Shown: positions 44,656 to 54,146 of the stretch, one piece after another
Layout of the letters: the number at the start of each line of letters is the position of its first letter
Position numbering within the stretch: the stretch's first letter is position 1
NCBI GenBank assembly: GCA_026989505.1
Contig: JALSJF010000128.1
Span: 2,437 to 66,436, forward strand
From: Cyclobacteriaceae bacterium
Lineage (GTDB): Bacteria > Bacteroidota > Bacteroidia > Cytophagales > Cyclobacteriaceae
Direction: 5' to 3'
Length of the DNA stretch: 64,000 nucleotides
Position numbers and translations under genes: made by a program
Notes under the pieces: model-generated
Told to the model about the DNA's origin: nothing
The model's database searches: none
The model's input: only the letters and a program-made list of their open reading frames with translations

Positions 44656-46449
44656 TTAGTTGTTGCCAAATAATTTATTGATTTCCTTTTCATAACGGAA
44701 AAGTAAAGCTTTTCGTATGGGTTTTTGGGTAGGGGTAAGCAGTTGGTTGGCTACCGTCCACGCTTCTTCGCACAAGATAAAATCTTTTATCCTTTTATAA
44801 TTGGGCAACTCCTGATTGACCTTTGCCACCTCATCCCGGTATTTTTCCCTTACTTTGATATTATGCACCATATAGGGTGGGGCCGTCCAGTGAATACCCT
44901 GGCGCAGGCACCATTCTTCCAGCATGGTAAAATTAGGCACGAGCAGGGCTATTACATAAGGCCGGGCAAAGCCTATAACCAGGCTTTGGGCTATGTAGGG
45001 CGATGCTTTGAGACGGTTTTCCAACGGTTGGGGGGCAATGTATTTACCGGCCGAAGTTTTAAAAATATCTTTCTTCCGGTCGGTTATCTGCAGAAACCGG
45101 CCTTCTACCATACGGCCTACATCACCGGTCTTAAACCAGCCGTCATCGGTGAATACTTGTTTGTTTAGTTCGGGGCGTTGATAGTAGCCCTGGGTTACGT
45201 TGGGGCCCCTTACCCATATCTCCCCCTCCCCCTCCCCGTTTTCATCGTTGATTTTCAGGTCAAGGGCCGGAATGGGGATGCCCACAGTACCAAACCGGTT
45301 AAGGCCGGGCGAAAACCGATTGAGGGATATCAACGGAGAGGTCTCAGTCATGCCGTAGCCTTCGCGAATGCGGATTTTGGCCGCGGAAAACATCCGGGCT
45401 ATCTCGGGCCGTAACGAAGCTGCCCCTACGACCATGCACGCCAGTTTGCCCCCCAACTGATTTTTCCATTTGTTTAGCACCAGCAGCCGGGCGATAAAAA
45501 GTTTGGCCCGTAGCCATAAGCCGTTTTTGGCCCGCTGGTTATATTGTTGGGCGGTTTTGATGGCCCATTTGCTGATTACCCTGCGCAGGAGGTGTTGCGA
45601 TAAGGTCTGCTCCTGCAGGTAATCGTACATTTTTTCCAGCACTTTGGGTACCGAGGTGCTGAAATACGGCCGGGCCGACTGGAAATCGGCCACAAAGGTT
45701 TCGCGGCTGCGCACAAAATAGATATTGGCCCCGCAAGCCAGGTAGGCGTAGCAGGCACTGCGTTCTAAAATATGGCTGAAGGGCAGGTAGCTCATTACCT
45801 TGCGCCCTGCTTTTAACGGAAAGGCGGCCAGGGTAAATAAAATATTGCTCACCATATTATTGTGGGTGAGGAGGGTGCCTTTGGGGTCGCCCGAAGTACC
45901 GGAGGTATAGAGAATGCTAAAAATAGCATCGGGCTTTACTGCGGCCTGCCGTTGCGCCAGGGTGGCCAGCTCCCGGGCAGTACTCCGGTGGGCATACGCC
46001 TGCTGCAAACTGGTATTTCCCGGGTCATTGAGGGGAAAAACCTCCCCCCTGAAGGCCTTGCCAAGATAGCGTTTAACTTGTTGTAATAGGTTAGTATCGG
46101 CCACAATCAGTAACGCAGGCCGGGTTTCCGCCAGAATAAGGGTTAGCTCCTCCTGGGCCAGGGTGGGGTGCAGGGGTACTACGATTACCCCCAATTGCTG
46201 GCAGGCAAAATCAATCACCAACCAATCCAGATTACCCTGGTGTGGCATTAGGGCCACCATGTCGCCCGGCTTTAAACGTTTGTTGAGGAGCCAGCAGGAA
46301 ACCTGGTCAACCAGGGCCCGGAATCGGGCAATCGAGGTTGGCTGCCAGTGGTTGTGGCTAAAAATGTTAATCGCCCTTTCCTGAGGGTAGCGGTGTTGCT
46401 GGTAAGCCAGGATATCAAAAACGCGGGTAAACTGATGGTTGTTCTTCAT
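44656..46449 (-). CDS. AMP-dependent synthetase/ligase (long-chain-fatty-acid--CoA ligase-like)
   Basis: The AMP-binding motif ILYTSGTSGDPKGTLLTH is present, with ...GYGMTETS...TGDVG...DRKKDIFKTSAGKYIAP. It has an ATGA overlap with the upstream hydrolase gene. Confidence 0.88.
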   Translation of the reverse strand: MKNNHQFTRVFDILAYQQHRYPQERAINIFSHNHWQPTSIARFRALVDQVSCWLLNKRLKPGDMVALMPHQGNLDWLVIDFACQQLGVIVVPLHPTLAQEELTLILAETRPALLIVADTNLLQQVKRYLGKAFRGEVFPLNDPGNTSLQQAYAHRSTARELATLAQRQAAVKPDAIFSILYTSGTSGDPKGTLLTHNNMVSNILFTLAAFPLKAGRKVMSYLPFSHILERSACYAYLACGANIYFVRSRETFVADFQSARPYFSTSVPKVLEKMYDYLQEQTLSQHLLRRVISKWAIKTAQQYNQRAKNGLWLRAKLFIARLLVLNKWKNQLGGKLACMVVGAASLRPEIARMFSAAKIRIREGYGMTETSPLISLNRFSPGLNRFGTVGIPIPALDLKINDENGEGEGEIWVRGPNVTQGYYQRPELNKQVFTDDGWFKTGDVGRMVEGRFLQITDRKKDIFKTSAGKYIAPQPLENRLKASPYIAQSLVIGFARPYVIALLVPNFTMLEEWCLRQGIHWTAPPYMVHNIKVREKYRDEVAKVNQELPNYKRIKDFILCEEAWTVANQLLTPTQKPIRKALLFRYEKEINKLFGNN

Positions 46450-47258
46450 GGCGTGGGTTGGGCTTGGGTGGGCAGGCTCAGGCTGTCGTACAGGGCATGG
46501 TAATATTCAGGGAAATCCTGCAGGTTATTATGGTGTGCCCCGGCAATTGGGATGAGCTTAACTTTATCCGGGCACAAAGCTTTCAGCATCTCGCTTTGCT
46601 TAAACGGGATAAGGTGGTCATGGGTGCCGTGGATAATGTGCACCGGACATGTGGCCGCTTGCAGGTATTGGTCGGTACGGATGTGGTACCGTAAAATCCA
46701 TTTCAGGGGGGTCCAGAAAATAAACCTGCGGGTGTTATAGTAGAAGCTGAAATAGGGGGAGTCGAGGATGAGCAGCCGCGGGTTGTTCCATCCGGCAATA
46801 CGGGCGGCAATACCGCTGCCCAACGAACGGCCGTAAAGCACTATTTTATCTTCCGGGTAGCGTTCGCGCAGCCATTTGTACATAAACTGCGAATCATTAA
46901 ACAGGCGCTCCTGTGACCTTTTGCCCCGGCTTTTGCCGAAACCCCGGTAATCAATCATCAGAAAATCATAGCCATTGCTGAGAAAATCTTTGGCAAACTT
47001 GCCCCACCCCTTAATGCTGCGCGAGTTGCCCTTCAGGTAAAAAACCACCCCTCGCGAAGAGGGTACGGTAAAATAGATGCCGTTAATCCTGGCCCCGTCT
47101 TCCATAGCAAATTCAAGCTCCTCGAACGGGAAGGAATAATCGTATTTAAACGATGCCGGCAAAATTTCCGGCCGGAAAAAAATAAAGTGTTGAAAAAAGT
47201 AAAAGAGCAGGCAAAAGCCCACATAAAAACTTGCTATGGAAATTACCAGAATTAGCAT
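46446..47258 (-). CDS. Alpha/beta hydrolase (membrane-anchored), paralog 1
   Basis: An N-terminal TM segment is followed by the nucleophile elbow YGRSLGSG, ...LILDSPY... and ...GAHHNNL. Confidence 0.85.
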   Translation of the reverse strand: MLILVISIASFYVGFCLLFYFFQHFIFFRPEILPASFKYDYSFPFEELEFAMEDGARINGIYFTVPSSRGVVFYLKGNSRSIKGWGKFAKDFLSNGYDFLMIDYRGFGKSRGKRSQERLFNDSQFMYKWLRERYPEDKIVLYGRSLGSGIAARIAGWNNPRLLILDSPYFSFYYNTRRFIFWTPLKWILRYHIRTDQYLQAATCPVHIIHGTHDHLIPFKQSEMLKALCPDKVKLIPIAGAHHNNLQDFPEYYHALYDSLSLPTQAQPTP

Positions 47259-47315
47259 ACGCTTATTTCAAGCTAAAAAATAGTTAAAATAAGTGGCAAT
47301 AGAAAACCTGATCCG

Positions 47316-48155
47316 TTATTCAAGTATTTCGGCCAGCGCCTTGTGGTAGGCGGCAAATTCACGCAGGTTCCGGTGGCCGCCCCCGGCAATGGTATAAAAC
47401 CGGTCGGCAGGTTTAAGCAGGGGCTTGAGTTTGGCGGCCGAGGTGTAGGCCACAATCCTGTCGTCCGTTCCCTGAATAATGGCAATGGGGCATTCCACTT
47501 TGGGGACAAAGGCATAATTGGCAAATTCATATTTCAGGCCAAAGGGAAAAAACAAACGCCAGCGGTCTTGCTGTAACCGGTAAAAGGGAGTCTCCAGGAT
47601 AAGTTTTTCCGGGCTATGCCGGCTGGCCAGCCAGGAGGCGGCTGCAGTACCGAGGGAGCGGCCGTATATTAAAAAGCGGGTCTCTTTAAGGTGCATTTTT
47701 GCCCATACCCAGGTGTCTTCGGCATCCTGGTATAGCGTTTCTTCCGAGGGCGTGCCGTTGCTTTTGCCGTAGCCGGAGTAATCAATCATTAGCACATTAT
47801 AGCCCAGTTGGGTAAAGTCGGCAGCATAATTACCCCAGCGTTGCAGGTTATCGGCATTGCCATGAAAATAAAGGATAGTACCCTTGCGGATATCCTGAGG
47901 GGTAAAAAACAACAGGGCGTTTAGCTCTTTGCCAATGCGCGGGCGGATTTGCACTTCCGAAAATTGTTGGGCAAAAGTAAAGGTATAACCGGCCGGCAGC
48001 TTTTCCGCCTGAAAGATAATCTTGTCTTGCACCAGATAAATACCGGTGACCAGAATTAAATACGCGCTAACCAGGGCCAGCAGGCTGCGGACAAGAATAT
48101 GCAAGGGTTTATTTTTCAAGTTGGCGAACTTAGCATATATGATGATAAGTTGCAA
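47316..48155 (-). CDS. Alpha/beta hydrolase (membrane-anchored), paralog 2
   Basis: It has YGRSLGTA, ...LILETPF... and ...GGGHRNL, and is colinear with paralog 1. The start is uncertain (TTG at 48155 or TTG at 48119). Confidence 0.8.
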   Translation of the reverse strand: MQLIIIYAKFANLKNKPLHILVRSLLALVSAYLILVTGIYLVQDKIIFQAEKLPAGYTFTFAQQFSEVQIRPRIGKELNALLFFTPQDIRKGTILYFHGNADNLQRWGNYAADFTQLGYNVLMIDYSGYGKSNGTPSEETLYQDAEDTWVWAKMHLKETRFLIYGRSLGTAAASWLASRHSPEKLILETPFYRLQQDRWRLFFPFGLKYEFANYAFVPKVECPIAIIQGTDDRIVAYTSAAKLKPLLKPADRFYTIAGGGHRNLREFAAYHKALAEILE

Positions 48156-48190
48156 GAAAACCGGGAGTTAGGCCGTATCTGGAGTTTCAG

Positions 48191-48300
48191 GATATTAACC
48201 CCGATTATTCCTACCGTGTCAAAGCTGCAAACAAATAAGCGGGATAGGTATCTTTGGTGAAAAAACAAAGTTTTCGGGAGAAATATCATGAAAATCATGA
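48191..48300 (-). mobile_element. MITE-like repeat, subfamily A, truncated copy (one terminal repeat only)
   Basis: Its reverse complement TCATGATTTTCATGATATTTCTCCCGAAAACTTTG...GGTAGGAATAATCGGGGTTAATATC aligns with 28861-28969. The TIR expected beyond 48300 is missing. Confidence 0.65.
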
Positions 48301-48337
48301 AATTAACTGCTAAACGACTGTTTCCCAGTTAATTTCA
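48298..48337. repeat. 12-bp perfect inverted repeat (hairpin) at the junction between the two repeat copies
   Basis: TGAAATTAACTG (48298-48309) is the inverted complement of CAGTTAATTTCA (48326-48337), with a 16-nt spacer between them. Confidence 0.6.
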
Positions 48338-48365
48338 TTAGGTCCTTAGACTACGGCTCAGCGAA

Positions 48366-48522
48366 GGTTAACCCTGATGAGTGCAAAATATTTTACCCTC
48401 AAACTTGGGTTATGCTTACTCTTTGGCTCATGCTGTATTTTGTATATAACATGTTGTTTTACAATATTTTGCAGTTCATCAGCCCTGCGGGCGGAAAATT
48501 CTTATGAATTTTTCGGGTTAAA
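48366..48522 (+). mobile_element. MITE-like repeat, subfamily B copy (26-nt internal deletion relative to the 32.3-kb copy)
   Basis: GGTTAACCC|TGATGAGTGCAAAATATTTTACCCTCAAACTTGGG...GAATTTTTCGGGTTAAA aligns with 32331-32515. Confidence 0.65.
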
Positions 48523-48594
48523 TCCGGTAAGATTTTGATATGTTTCCTAAAGACGTTATATTTAAACTTGATTCGTGACTTTAAATATAAGCTT

Positions 48595-49110
48595 ATGAAA
48601 AAATTACTGCTATTCGTTGCTGTGGGGGTAGGGTTAATTCCGGTATTGTTTTCCTGTTCGGACTCCATTGAACAGGCTACTGTTGAATACTACATTACGG
48701 CAAGTCAATCGAATAACTATGAAAATCTGCAAATAACTTTCGATTATGCCAGGGCTTATGTGCCGGGTGATGGCCCGGGGAGTACGGCCATAAGAACAGT
48801 TTATCTTGATAGTCAACAACTTTCCCTGGCATTGGATGGCTCGCAGGAGCCGGTTTTTCTTGGTACTTCTACCATTGAGCCGGGAAAGGTTTTGGGCTAT
48901 GACTTTAGTTTTTCCTCTATTTCTGTCCGTAAAAACGGTAATGAAATAGTACTGCGGTATAAGGACTATAATGAATCAAACAAAGTAGAAAAGGAAATAA
49001 AGCTGACACCCGGGGAAGTAAGAAAAGTTGTTTTTGAGATTGTTACGGATGAATCTGTAGTATTGTTACCTAATAATGAGCTTAAGTTTCTGGCCAAAAT
49101 CCAGTACTGA
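48595..49110 (+). CDS. Small lipoprotein (possibly DUF4382-like)
   Basis: The ATG at 48595 gives MKKLLLFVAVGVGLIPVLFSCSDS (lipobox FSC). The gene is relatively AT-rich. The family assignment is tentative. Confidence 0.6.
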   Translation: MKKLLLFVAVGVGLIPVLFSCSDSIEQATVEYYITASQSNNYENLQITFDYARAYVPGDGPGSTAIRTVYLDSQQLSLALDGSQEPVFLGTSTIEPGKVLGYDFSFSSISVRKNGNEIVLRYKDYNESNKVEKEIKLTPGEVRKVVFEIVTDESVVLLPNNELKFLAKIQY

Positions 49111-49122
49111 AGGCATATTTTA

Positions 49123-50322
49123 TTAACTGATCACCCCTGACCCCAACAGTTCATCTTTGTGGTACCAGGCCACAAACTGGCCGGCAGCAATGGCTTTTTG
49201 CGGCCGGGAAAAAATAACATACAACCCTTGCGGGCGCATAAATAAGGTTGCTTCAGCCAGGGGCTGGCGGTACCGTATCCTGGCCTGCACCGTCATCTTT
49301 TCACCGTCTTTCAGGGATAGATCAGGCCGTACCCAGTGAATATCCGCAGGTTTTACCAACAAGCCCCTGCGCAACAGGCCGGGGTGGTTCTCGCCCTGGC
49401 CGGTATAAATAATATTTTCCTGTACATCGGTAGCCAGTACAAACAAGGGCAGGGGGGTACCACCAATGTTCAGGCCCTTACGCTGGCCAATGGTAAAATA
49501 ATGCGCCCCGCGGTGCTCGCCTGCTTTTTTGCCGGCTGCCCGGTGATACCGGTAAGGGCTGCTTAATGCCGCTAACTGCGCGGGTACTTCCTCCTCTGGT
49601 AGGGCCAGCAGGTCTTGCTGACCGGTAAAGATGGGAGATTCCGCATCAATTTCAATTACATCCCCTGTTATGGGGTGCAGTTGCTGCTGCAGGAAATCGG
49701 GTAAACGTACCTTACCAATAAAACACAGGCCTTGCGAGTCTTTTTTTCCGGCTGTGACCAAATCCAGGTTTTTGGCAATTTCGCGCACTTCGGGTTTGGT
49801 TAACTCCCCTATGGGAAACAGCGATTTGGCCAGTTGTGCCTGGGTGAGCTGGCATAAAAAATAACTTTGGTCTTTATTCTGGTCTTTGCCCGCCAGTAGC
49901 CGGTAGGTTTTTTGGCCGTCAACTTCGGTTATTTCTTTACGGCAATAATGCCCGGTAGCCACATAATCGGCTTTCAGTTTCATGGCCGCCTGCAGAAAAA
50001 CATCAAATTTTATCTCCCGGTTGCACAGTACATCGGGGTTGGGGGTGCGCCCCTGCTGGTATTCGGCAAACATGTAGTCAACAATTTGTGCCTTATATTC
50101 TTTGCTCAGGTCGATTGTCTGGAAGGGGATATTCAACTTTTCAGCTACCAGCATGGCATCGTTGGCATCCTCTAACCACGGGCACTCATCGCTGATGGTT
50201 ACCGTGTCATCGTGCCAGTTTTTCATAAACATGCCGATTACCTCGTAGCCCTGCGCTTGCAATAAATAAGCCGCTACACTTGAATCTACTCCTCCTGACA
50301 GGCCGACAACTACGCGCTTCAT
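49123..50322 (-). CDS. mnmA: tRNA 2-thiouridine(34) synthase MnmA
   Basis: The ATG at 50322 gives [21 protein letters not shown], a PP-loop. It is followed by ...GHYCR...KDQSYFL... Confidence 0.95.
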   Translation of the reverse strand: MKRVVVGLSGGVDSSVAAYLLQAQGYEVIGMFMKNWHDDTVTISDECPWLEDANDAMLVAEKLNIPFQTIDLSKEYKAQIVDYMFAEYQQGRTPNPDVLCNREIKFDVFLQAAMKLKADYVATGHYCRKEITEVDGQKTYRLLAGKDQNKDQSYFLCQLTQAQLAKSLFPIGELTKPEVREIAKNLDLVTAGKKDSQGLCFIGKVRLPDFLQQQLHPITGDVIEIDAESPIFTGQQDLLALPEEEVPAQLAALSSPYRYHRAAGKKAGEHRGAHYFTIGQRKGLNIGGTPLPLFVLATDVQENIIYTGQGENHPGLLRRGLLVKPADIHWVRPDLSLKDGEKMTVQARIRYRQPLAEATLFMRPQGLYVIFSRPQKAIAAGQFVAWYHKDELLGSGVIS

Positions 50323-50377
50323 CGCTATTTTTTTTGCAAAGGTATTAAATACCGATGAAGCAGACGGCATGCACGGG

Positions 50378-52411
50378 CTAGTTGGTCACCTTGTATTTCT
50401 CAAACCAGGCCAGGACGCTGGCCAGCTTGGCTACTAAATTGCTGGGCCGGTTGGCAATACCGTGCGCAGCGCCCGGAATCCGGACCAGGGCGGTTTCAAC
50501 GCCTTCCAGCTTTAGGGCGGCATAAAACTGCTCCGATTCCGCTATCGGGGTGCGGTAGTCTTCTTCCCCGGTAAGGAGCATCGTTGGGGTGGTTACATTG
50601 CCCACATACGTGAGAGGGGAGCGCCTGCGATAGTTTTCCGGGTCTTCCCATGGCTTTTTACCAAACCAGTACCTGGCGAAAAACTGCACGCCATCGGCAT
50701 ACAACACAAAGCTCGTCCAGTTAATTACCGGTTTGGCCACCACTGCGGCCCGGAAACGGTCGGTTTTACCCACAATCCAGGCGGTAAGCACACCCCCGCC
50801 ACTGCCTCCGGTAACAAACAGGTTTCGTTCATCAATAAACCCCCGCTTAATTACTGCATCCACCCCCGACATCAGGTCATCGTAATCATGGTTAGGATAA
50901 TCGTGGTGGATTAAATTGCCGAACGCCTGCCCATAACCGGTACTACCGCGCGGATTGGCATACAATACCACATAGCCGGCAGCGGCATAGGCCTGTATTT
51001 CGGCTGAGTAAACGGCCCCGTAGCTGGCAAATGGCCCGCCATGGATTTCCAGGATAAACGGGTATTTTTTGCCGGGGTCAAAGCCGGGGGGGGTAACCAG
51101 CCAGCCTTGTATCTGCCGCTTGTCATAAGACGACTCCCACCAGAGTTCTTTCACCTCACCCCGTCTCCTGAAAGAAAACAAATCGTCATTTAAGGCCGTA
51201 AGCCTGCGTTTACCGTTGCTGCCGGCCACCCCCAGGTCGGCAGGGTGGCCTGTGCCGCCTAAGGTATAGGCAAAGCGGCCGTTAGTTGAGGATGAAAAAC
51301 TGGCGGCATTGTATGGCCGGCCCAGCGACAGGCCACCAAGGTCATCCGCTATTACGGTTACTTTACCGGTGAGGCTGATGGCAGCCAGTTTGGTTTTGCC
51401 CTTATCATCATACTGAAAGTAAAGCGCTTTGCCGTTTTGGTTCCAGGTGATGTTACGGATATCGCGGTCAAATTTTTTCGACAGCAGTTTAACGTTGCTG
51501 CCATCGGTGTTCATTACATAGAGGTTAGTGATCTGGTAGCCCTGGTGCCGGTCATCAAAACCGGTGTAGGCAATTTTACGGCCATCGGGCGACAAAACAG
51601 GGCCGTTATCAGGGCCGTAACGTTTGGTCAGGGTCTTACTACTGCCGTCAGCCACCGATATCCGGTGGATCTCGCTGTCCAGGGGTTCCAACTCTTCATC
51701 CGCATGAAAATTGGCGCTGAAATATAAATAGTGGTTATCCTTCGACCAGACAGGGGCCCCATGGTCAACATTACTGTCGGTCAATTGGCGTGGGGTGCCC
51801 CCGTCAATACTGAGCACAAATAATTGCCGGTGACCGTGCTTCAGATATCCCCGGCCATCCCTCCGGTATTGGATGTTATCAATATAGGTAGGCGGGGTAT
51901 TCCACTTGGCGCCTTCAGGTTTTGCCGGCATTTTGATAATCGACTCATGCTTTTGCGGCACAAACATAGTAAAGGCAAGAAACCTGTCATCATACGACCA
52001 GGCTACCTGACCGGGTACCTGCGGGGTATTGGTGAGGGCTACTTTCTCTTTGGTGTCAAGCCACAGCATATAGAGCTTTGTTTTATTATCCTCCATGTTT
52101 GATTTGAAGATAATTTTGCTGCCATCGTGCGACCACCGGGGGTAAAAGTCGTTATGGTTACCGGTAGTCAATGGCCGGTTATGGGTGCCGTCAAAATTGA
52201 TTATCCACAGGTTCGATAAGTTCTTGTCCGTCATAATATCCTTGAAGTTGCGCACATAAATTATCTTGCTGCCATCGGGCGAAATCTGCGGATCGGAGAC
52301 ATACTCCATGCTGAAGATATCGGTGAGCCTGAGGTTGGATTCTGGCTGACCAAAGCCTGTGGTGGTAAGGGTTACCAGTAAAACAAGGGTTGTTACTAAA
52401 GATTTCATCAT
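50378..52411 (-). CDS. S9 family prolyl oligopeptidase-type serine peptidase with N-terminal beta-propeller
   Basis: A signal peptide ([22 protein letters not shown]) precedes TolB-like propeller repeats (...SPDGSKIIY..., ...SHDGSKIIF..., ...SPDGRKIAY...). The C-terminal hydrolase region contains ...[10 protein letters not shown]... and ...GAAHG. Confidence 0.88.
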   Translation of the reverse strand: MMKSLVTTLVLLVTLTTTGFGQPESNLRLTDIFSMEYVSDPQISPDGSKIIYVRNFKDIMTDKNLSNLWIINFDGTHNRPLTTGNHNDFYPRWSHDGSKIIFKSNMEDNKTKLYMLWLDTKEKVALTNTPQVPGQVAWSYDDRFLAFTMFVPQKHESIIKMPAKPEGAKWNTPPTYIDNIQYRRDGRGYLKHGHRQLFVLSIDGGTPRQLTDSNVDHGAPVWSKDNHYLYFSANFHADEELEPLDSEIHRISVADGSSKTLTKRYGPDNGPVLSPDGRKIAYTGFDDRHQGYQITNLYVMNTDGSNVKLLSKKFDRDIRNITWNQNGKALYFQYDDKGKTKLAAISLTGKVTVIADDLGGLSLGRPYNAASFSSSTNGRFAYTLGGTGHPADLGVAGSNGKRRLTALNDDLFSFRRRGEVKELWWESSYDKRQIQGWLVTPPGFDPGKKYPFILEIHGGPFASYGAVYSAEIQAYAAAGYVVLYANPRGSTGYGQAFGNLIHHDYPNHDYDDLMSGVDAVIKRGFIDERNLFVTGGSGGGVLTAWIVGKTDRFRAAVVAKPVINWTSFVLYADGVQFFARYWFGKKPWEDPENYRRRSPLTYVGNVTTPTMLLTGEEDYRTPIAESEQFYAALKLEGVETALVRIPGAAHGIANRPSNLVAKLASVLAWFEKYKVTN

Positions 52412-52593
52412 GCTATAATTGGTGGTTAGATGTAACAAGTTCAGGTAATAACACCCAAGATACCGGTTCCCGGATTGCCATCCAACCCGAAATCCTTTAG
52501 CGGTGAACTTCCCTAAGGAAGGTGGCCACCCGGGCTGCCTATTTCTTCGTTCTTCCCGCTTCCTGCTTCCAACTTTTCCCCTACCTTTGCGCC

Positions 52594-54120
52594 ATGACTG
52601 AAAAAATTCTTATCCTGGATTTTGGTTCACAGTACACCCAACTGATTGCCAGGCGGGTGCGTGAGTTGAATGTCTATTGTGAGATACACCCCTATAACAA
52701 AATCCCCCCTGCCCCGGATGGCCTGAAGGGCGTAATCCTGTCGGGCAGCCCCTGCTCGGTGCATGATGACGATAACCCCGGGGTGGAGTTAAGCCGGTTT
52801 AAAGGAGTGCCTGTACTGGGGGTATGCTATGGGGCACAACTTATGGCCCAAAAAGCAGGCGGGGAAGTGCTGCCGTCCGATATCCGGGAATATGGCCGTG
52901 CCCGGCTGAGCGAGGTTGACCACCACAATGCGCTGATGAAAGAGGTAACCCTCGATTCGCAGGTGTGGATGTCGCACGGGGATACCATTACCCGTTTGCC
53001 GGAGGGCTTTGAGGTTATTGCCAGTACCGAATCGGTAAAGGTGGCGGCCTATAAGGTCAAAAATGAAGACCGTTATGGCATCCAGTTCCATCCGGAGGTA
53101 ACCCACTCAGAGGATGGCAAAACTATCCTGCGCAATTTTGTTGTGCATATTTGTGGCTGCCGCCAGGACTGGACACCCGATATATTTGTGGAATCTACCG
53201 TGGCTGCCTTGAAAAGTCAGCTTGGTAATGACAAAGTGGTCATGGGCCTTTCGGGCGGGGTTGATTCTTCGGTGGCGGCTACCCTGATAGACCGCGCCAT
53301 AGGCAAAAACCTGCATTGCATTTTTGTTGACAACGGCCTGCTGCGCAAAAATGAATTTGCCGAAGTGTTGGCCTCGTATGAGGGCATGGGCCTGAATGTA
53401 AAGGGCGTTGACGCCAAACAACAGTTTTATGCAGCCCTGGCGGGTATTGCCGATCCGGAGGAGAAACGCAAAGCTATTGGCCGGGTGTTTATCGAGGTTT
53501 TTGATGCCGAAGCACATAAAATCCCCGGGGTGAAATGGCTGGGACAGGGAACAATTTACCCCGATGTAATTGAATCGGTTTCGGTGAAAGGGCCTTCAGC
53601 TACCATTAAATCACACCATAATGTGGGGGGCTTGCCGGACTTTATGCAACTGAAAGTTGTTGAGCCACTCAACACTTTATTTAAGGATGAAGTACGCGAA
53701 GTAGGTAAAACCCTGCATATCTCGCCTGATATTCTGGGCCGCCATCCGTTTCCCGGCCCCGGGCTGGGCATCCGTATTTTGGGCGATATTACCCCCGAAA
53801 AAGTACAGGTATTGCAGGAGGTGGACCATATCTTTATCAGCAGCCTGAAAGAACAGGGCTTCTACCATAAAACATGGCAAGCGGGCGCCATGCTGCTGCC
53901 GGTGCAGGCGGTGGGCGTTATGGGCGATGAACGTACCTATGAAAGCGTGGTAGCGCTGCGGGCGGTGACCAGCGTAGATGGCATGACTGCCGATTTTGCC
54001 CACCTGCCGGCCGGTTTTCTGGCCGATGTGAGCAACAAAATCATCAATCAGGTAAAAGGGGTAAACCGGGTGGTGTATGACATTAGCTCTAAACCTCCGG
54101 CTACAATTGAATGGGAATAA
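52594..54120 (+). CDS. guaA: Glutamine-hydrolyzing GMP synthase
   Basis: The ATG at 52594 gives [24 protein letters not shown], followed by ...GVCYGAQL...[10 protein letters not shown]... and a C-terminus of ...PPATIEWE. Confidence 0.96.
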   Translation: MTEKILILDFGSQYTQLIARRVRELNVYCEIHPYNKIPPAPDGLKGVILSGSPCSVHDDDNPGVELSRFKGVPVLGVCYGAQLMAQKAGGEVLPSDIREYGRARLSEVDHHNALMKEVTLDSQVWMSHGDTITRLPEGFEVIASTESVKVAAYKVKNEDRYGIQFHPEVTHSEDGKTILRNFVVHICGCRQDWTPDIFVESTVAALKSQLGNDKVVMGLSGGVDSSVAATLIDRAIGKNLHCIFVDNGLLRKNEFAEVLASYEGMGLNVKGVDAKQQFYAALAGIADPEEKRKAIGRVFIEVFDAEAHKIPGVKWLGQGTIYPDVIESVSVKGPSATIKSHHNVGGLPDFMQLKVVEPLNTLFKDEVREVGKTLHISPDILGRHPFPGPGLGIRILGDITPEKVQVLQEVDHIFISSLKEQGFYHKTWQAGAMLLPVQAVGVMGDERTYESVVALRAVTSVDGMTADFAHLPAGFLADVSNKIINQVKGVNRVVYDISSKPPATIEWE

Positions 54121-54146
54121 ACAAGGAAATTGTTATTTTAACGGCA

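Noticed and set aside
47259-47315. A weak similarity of CCTGATCCGTTATTCA to the MITE terminus CCCGGATTATTCA
   Set aside because: It is too short and degenerate, has no partner inverted repeat, and is probably due to chance.
52439-52593. A possible purine/guanine riboswitch upstream of guaA
   Set aside because: The region is pyrimidine-rich. It lacks the conserved three-way junction and loop-loop sequences of purine riboswitches. Only a 5-bp hairpin is visible.
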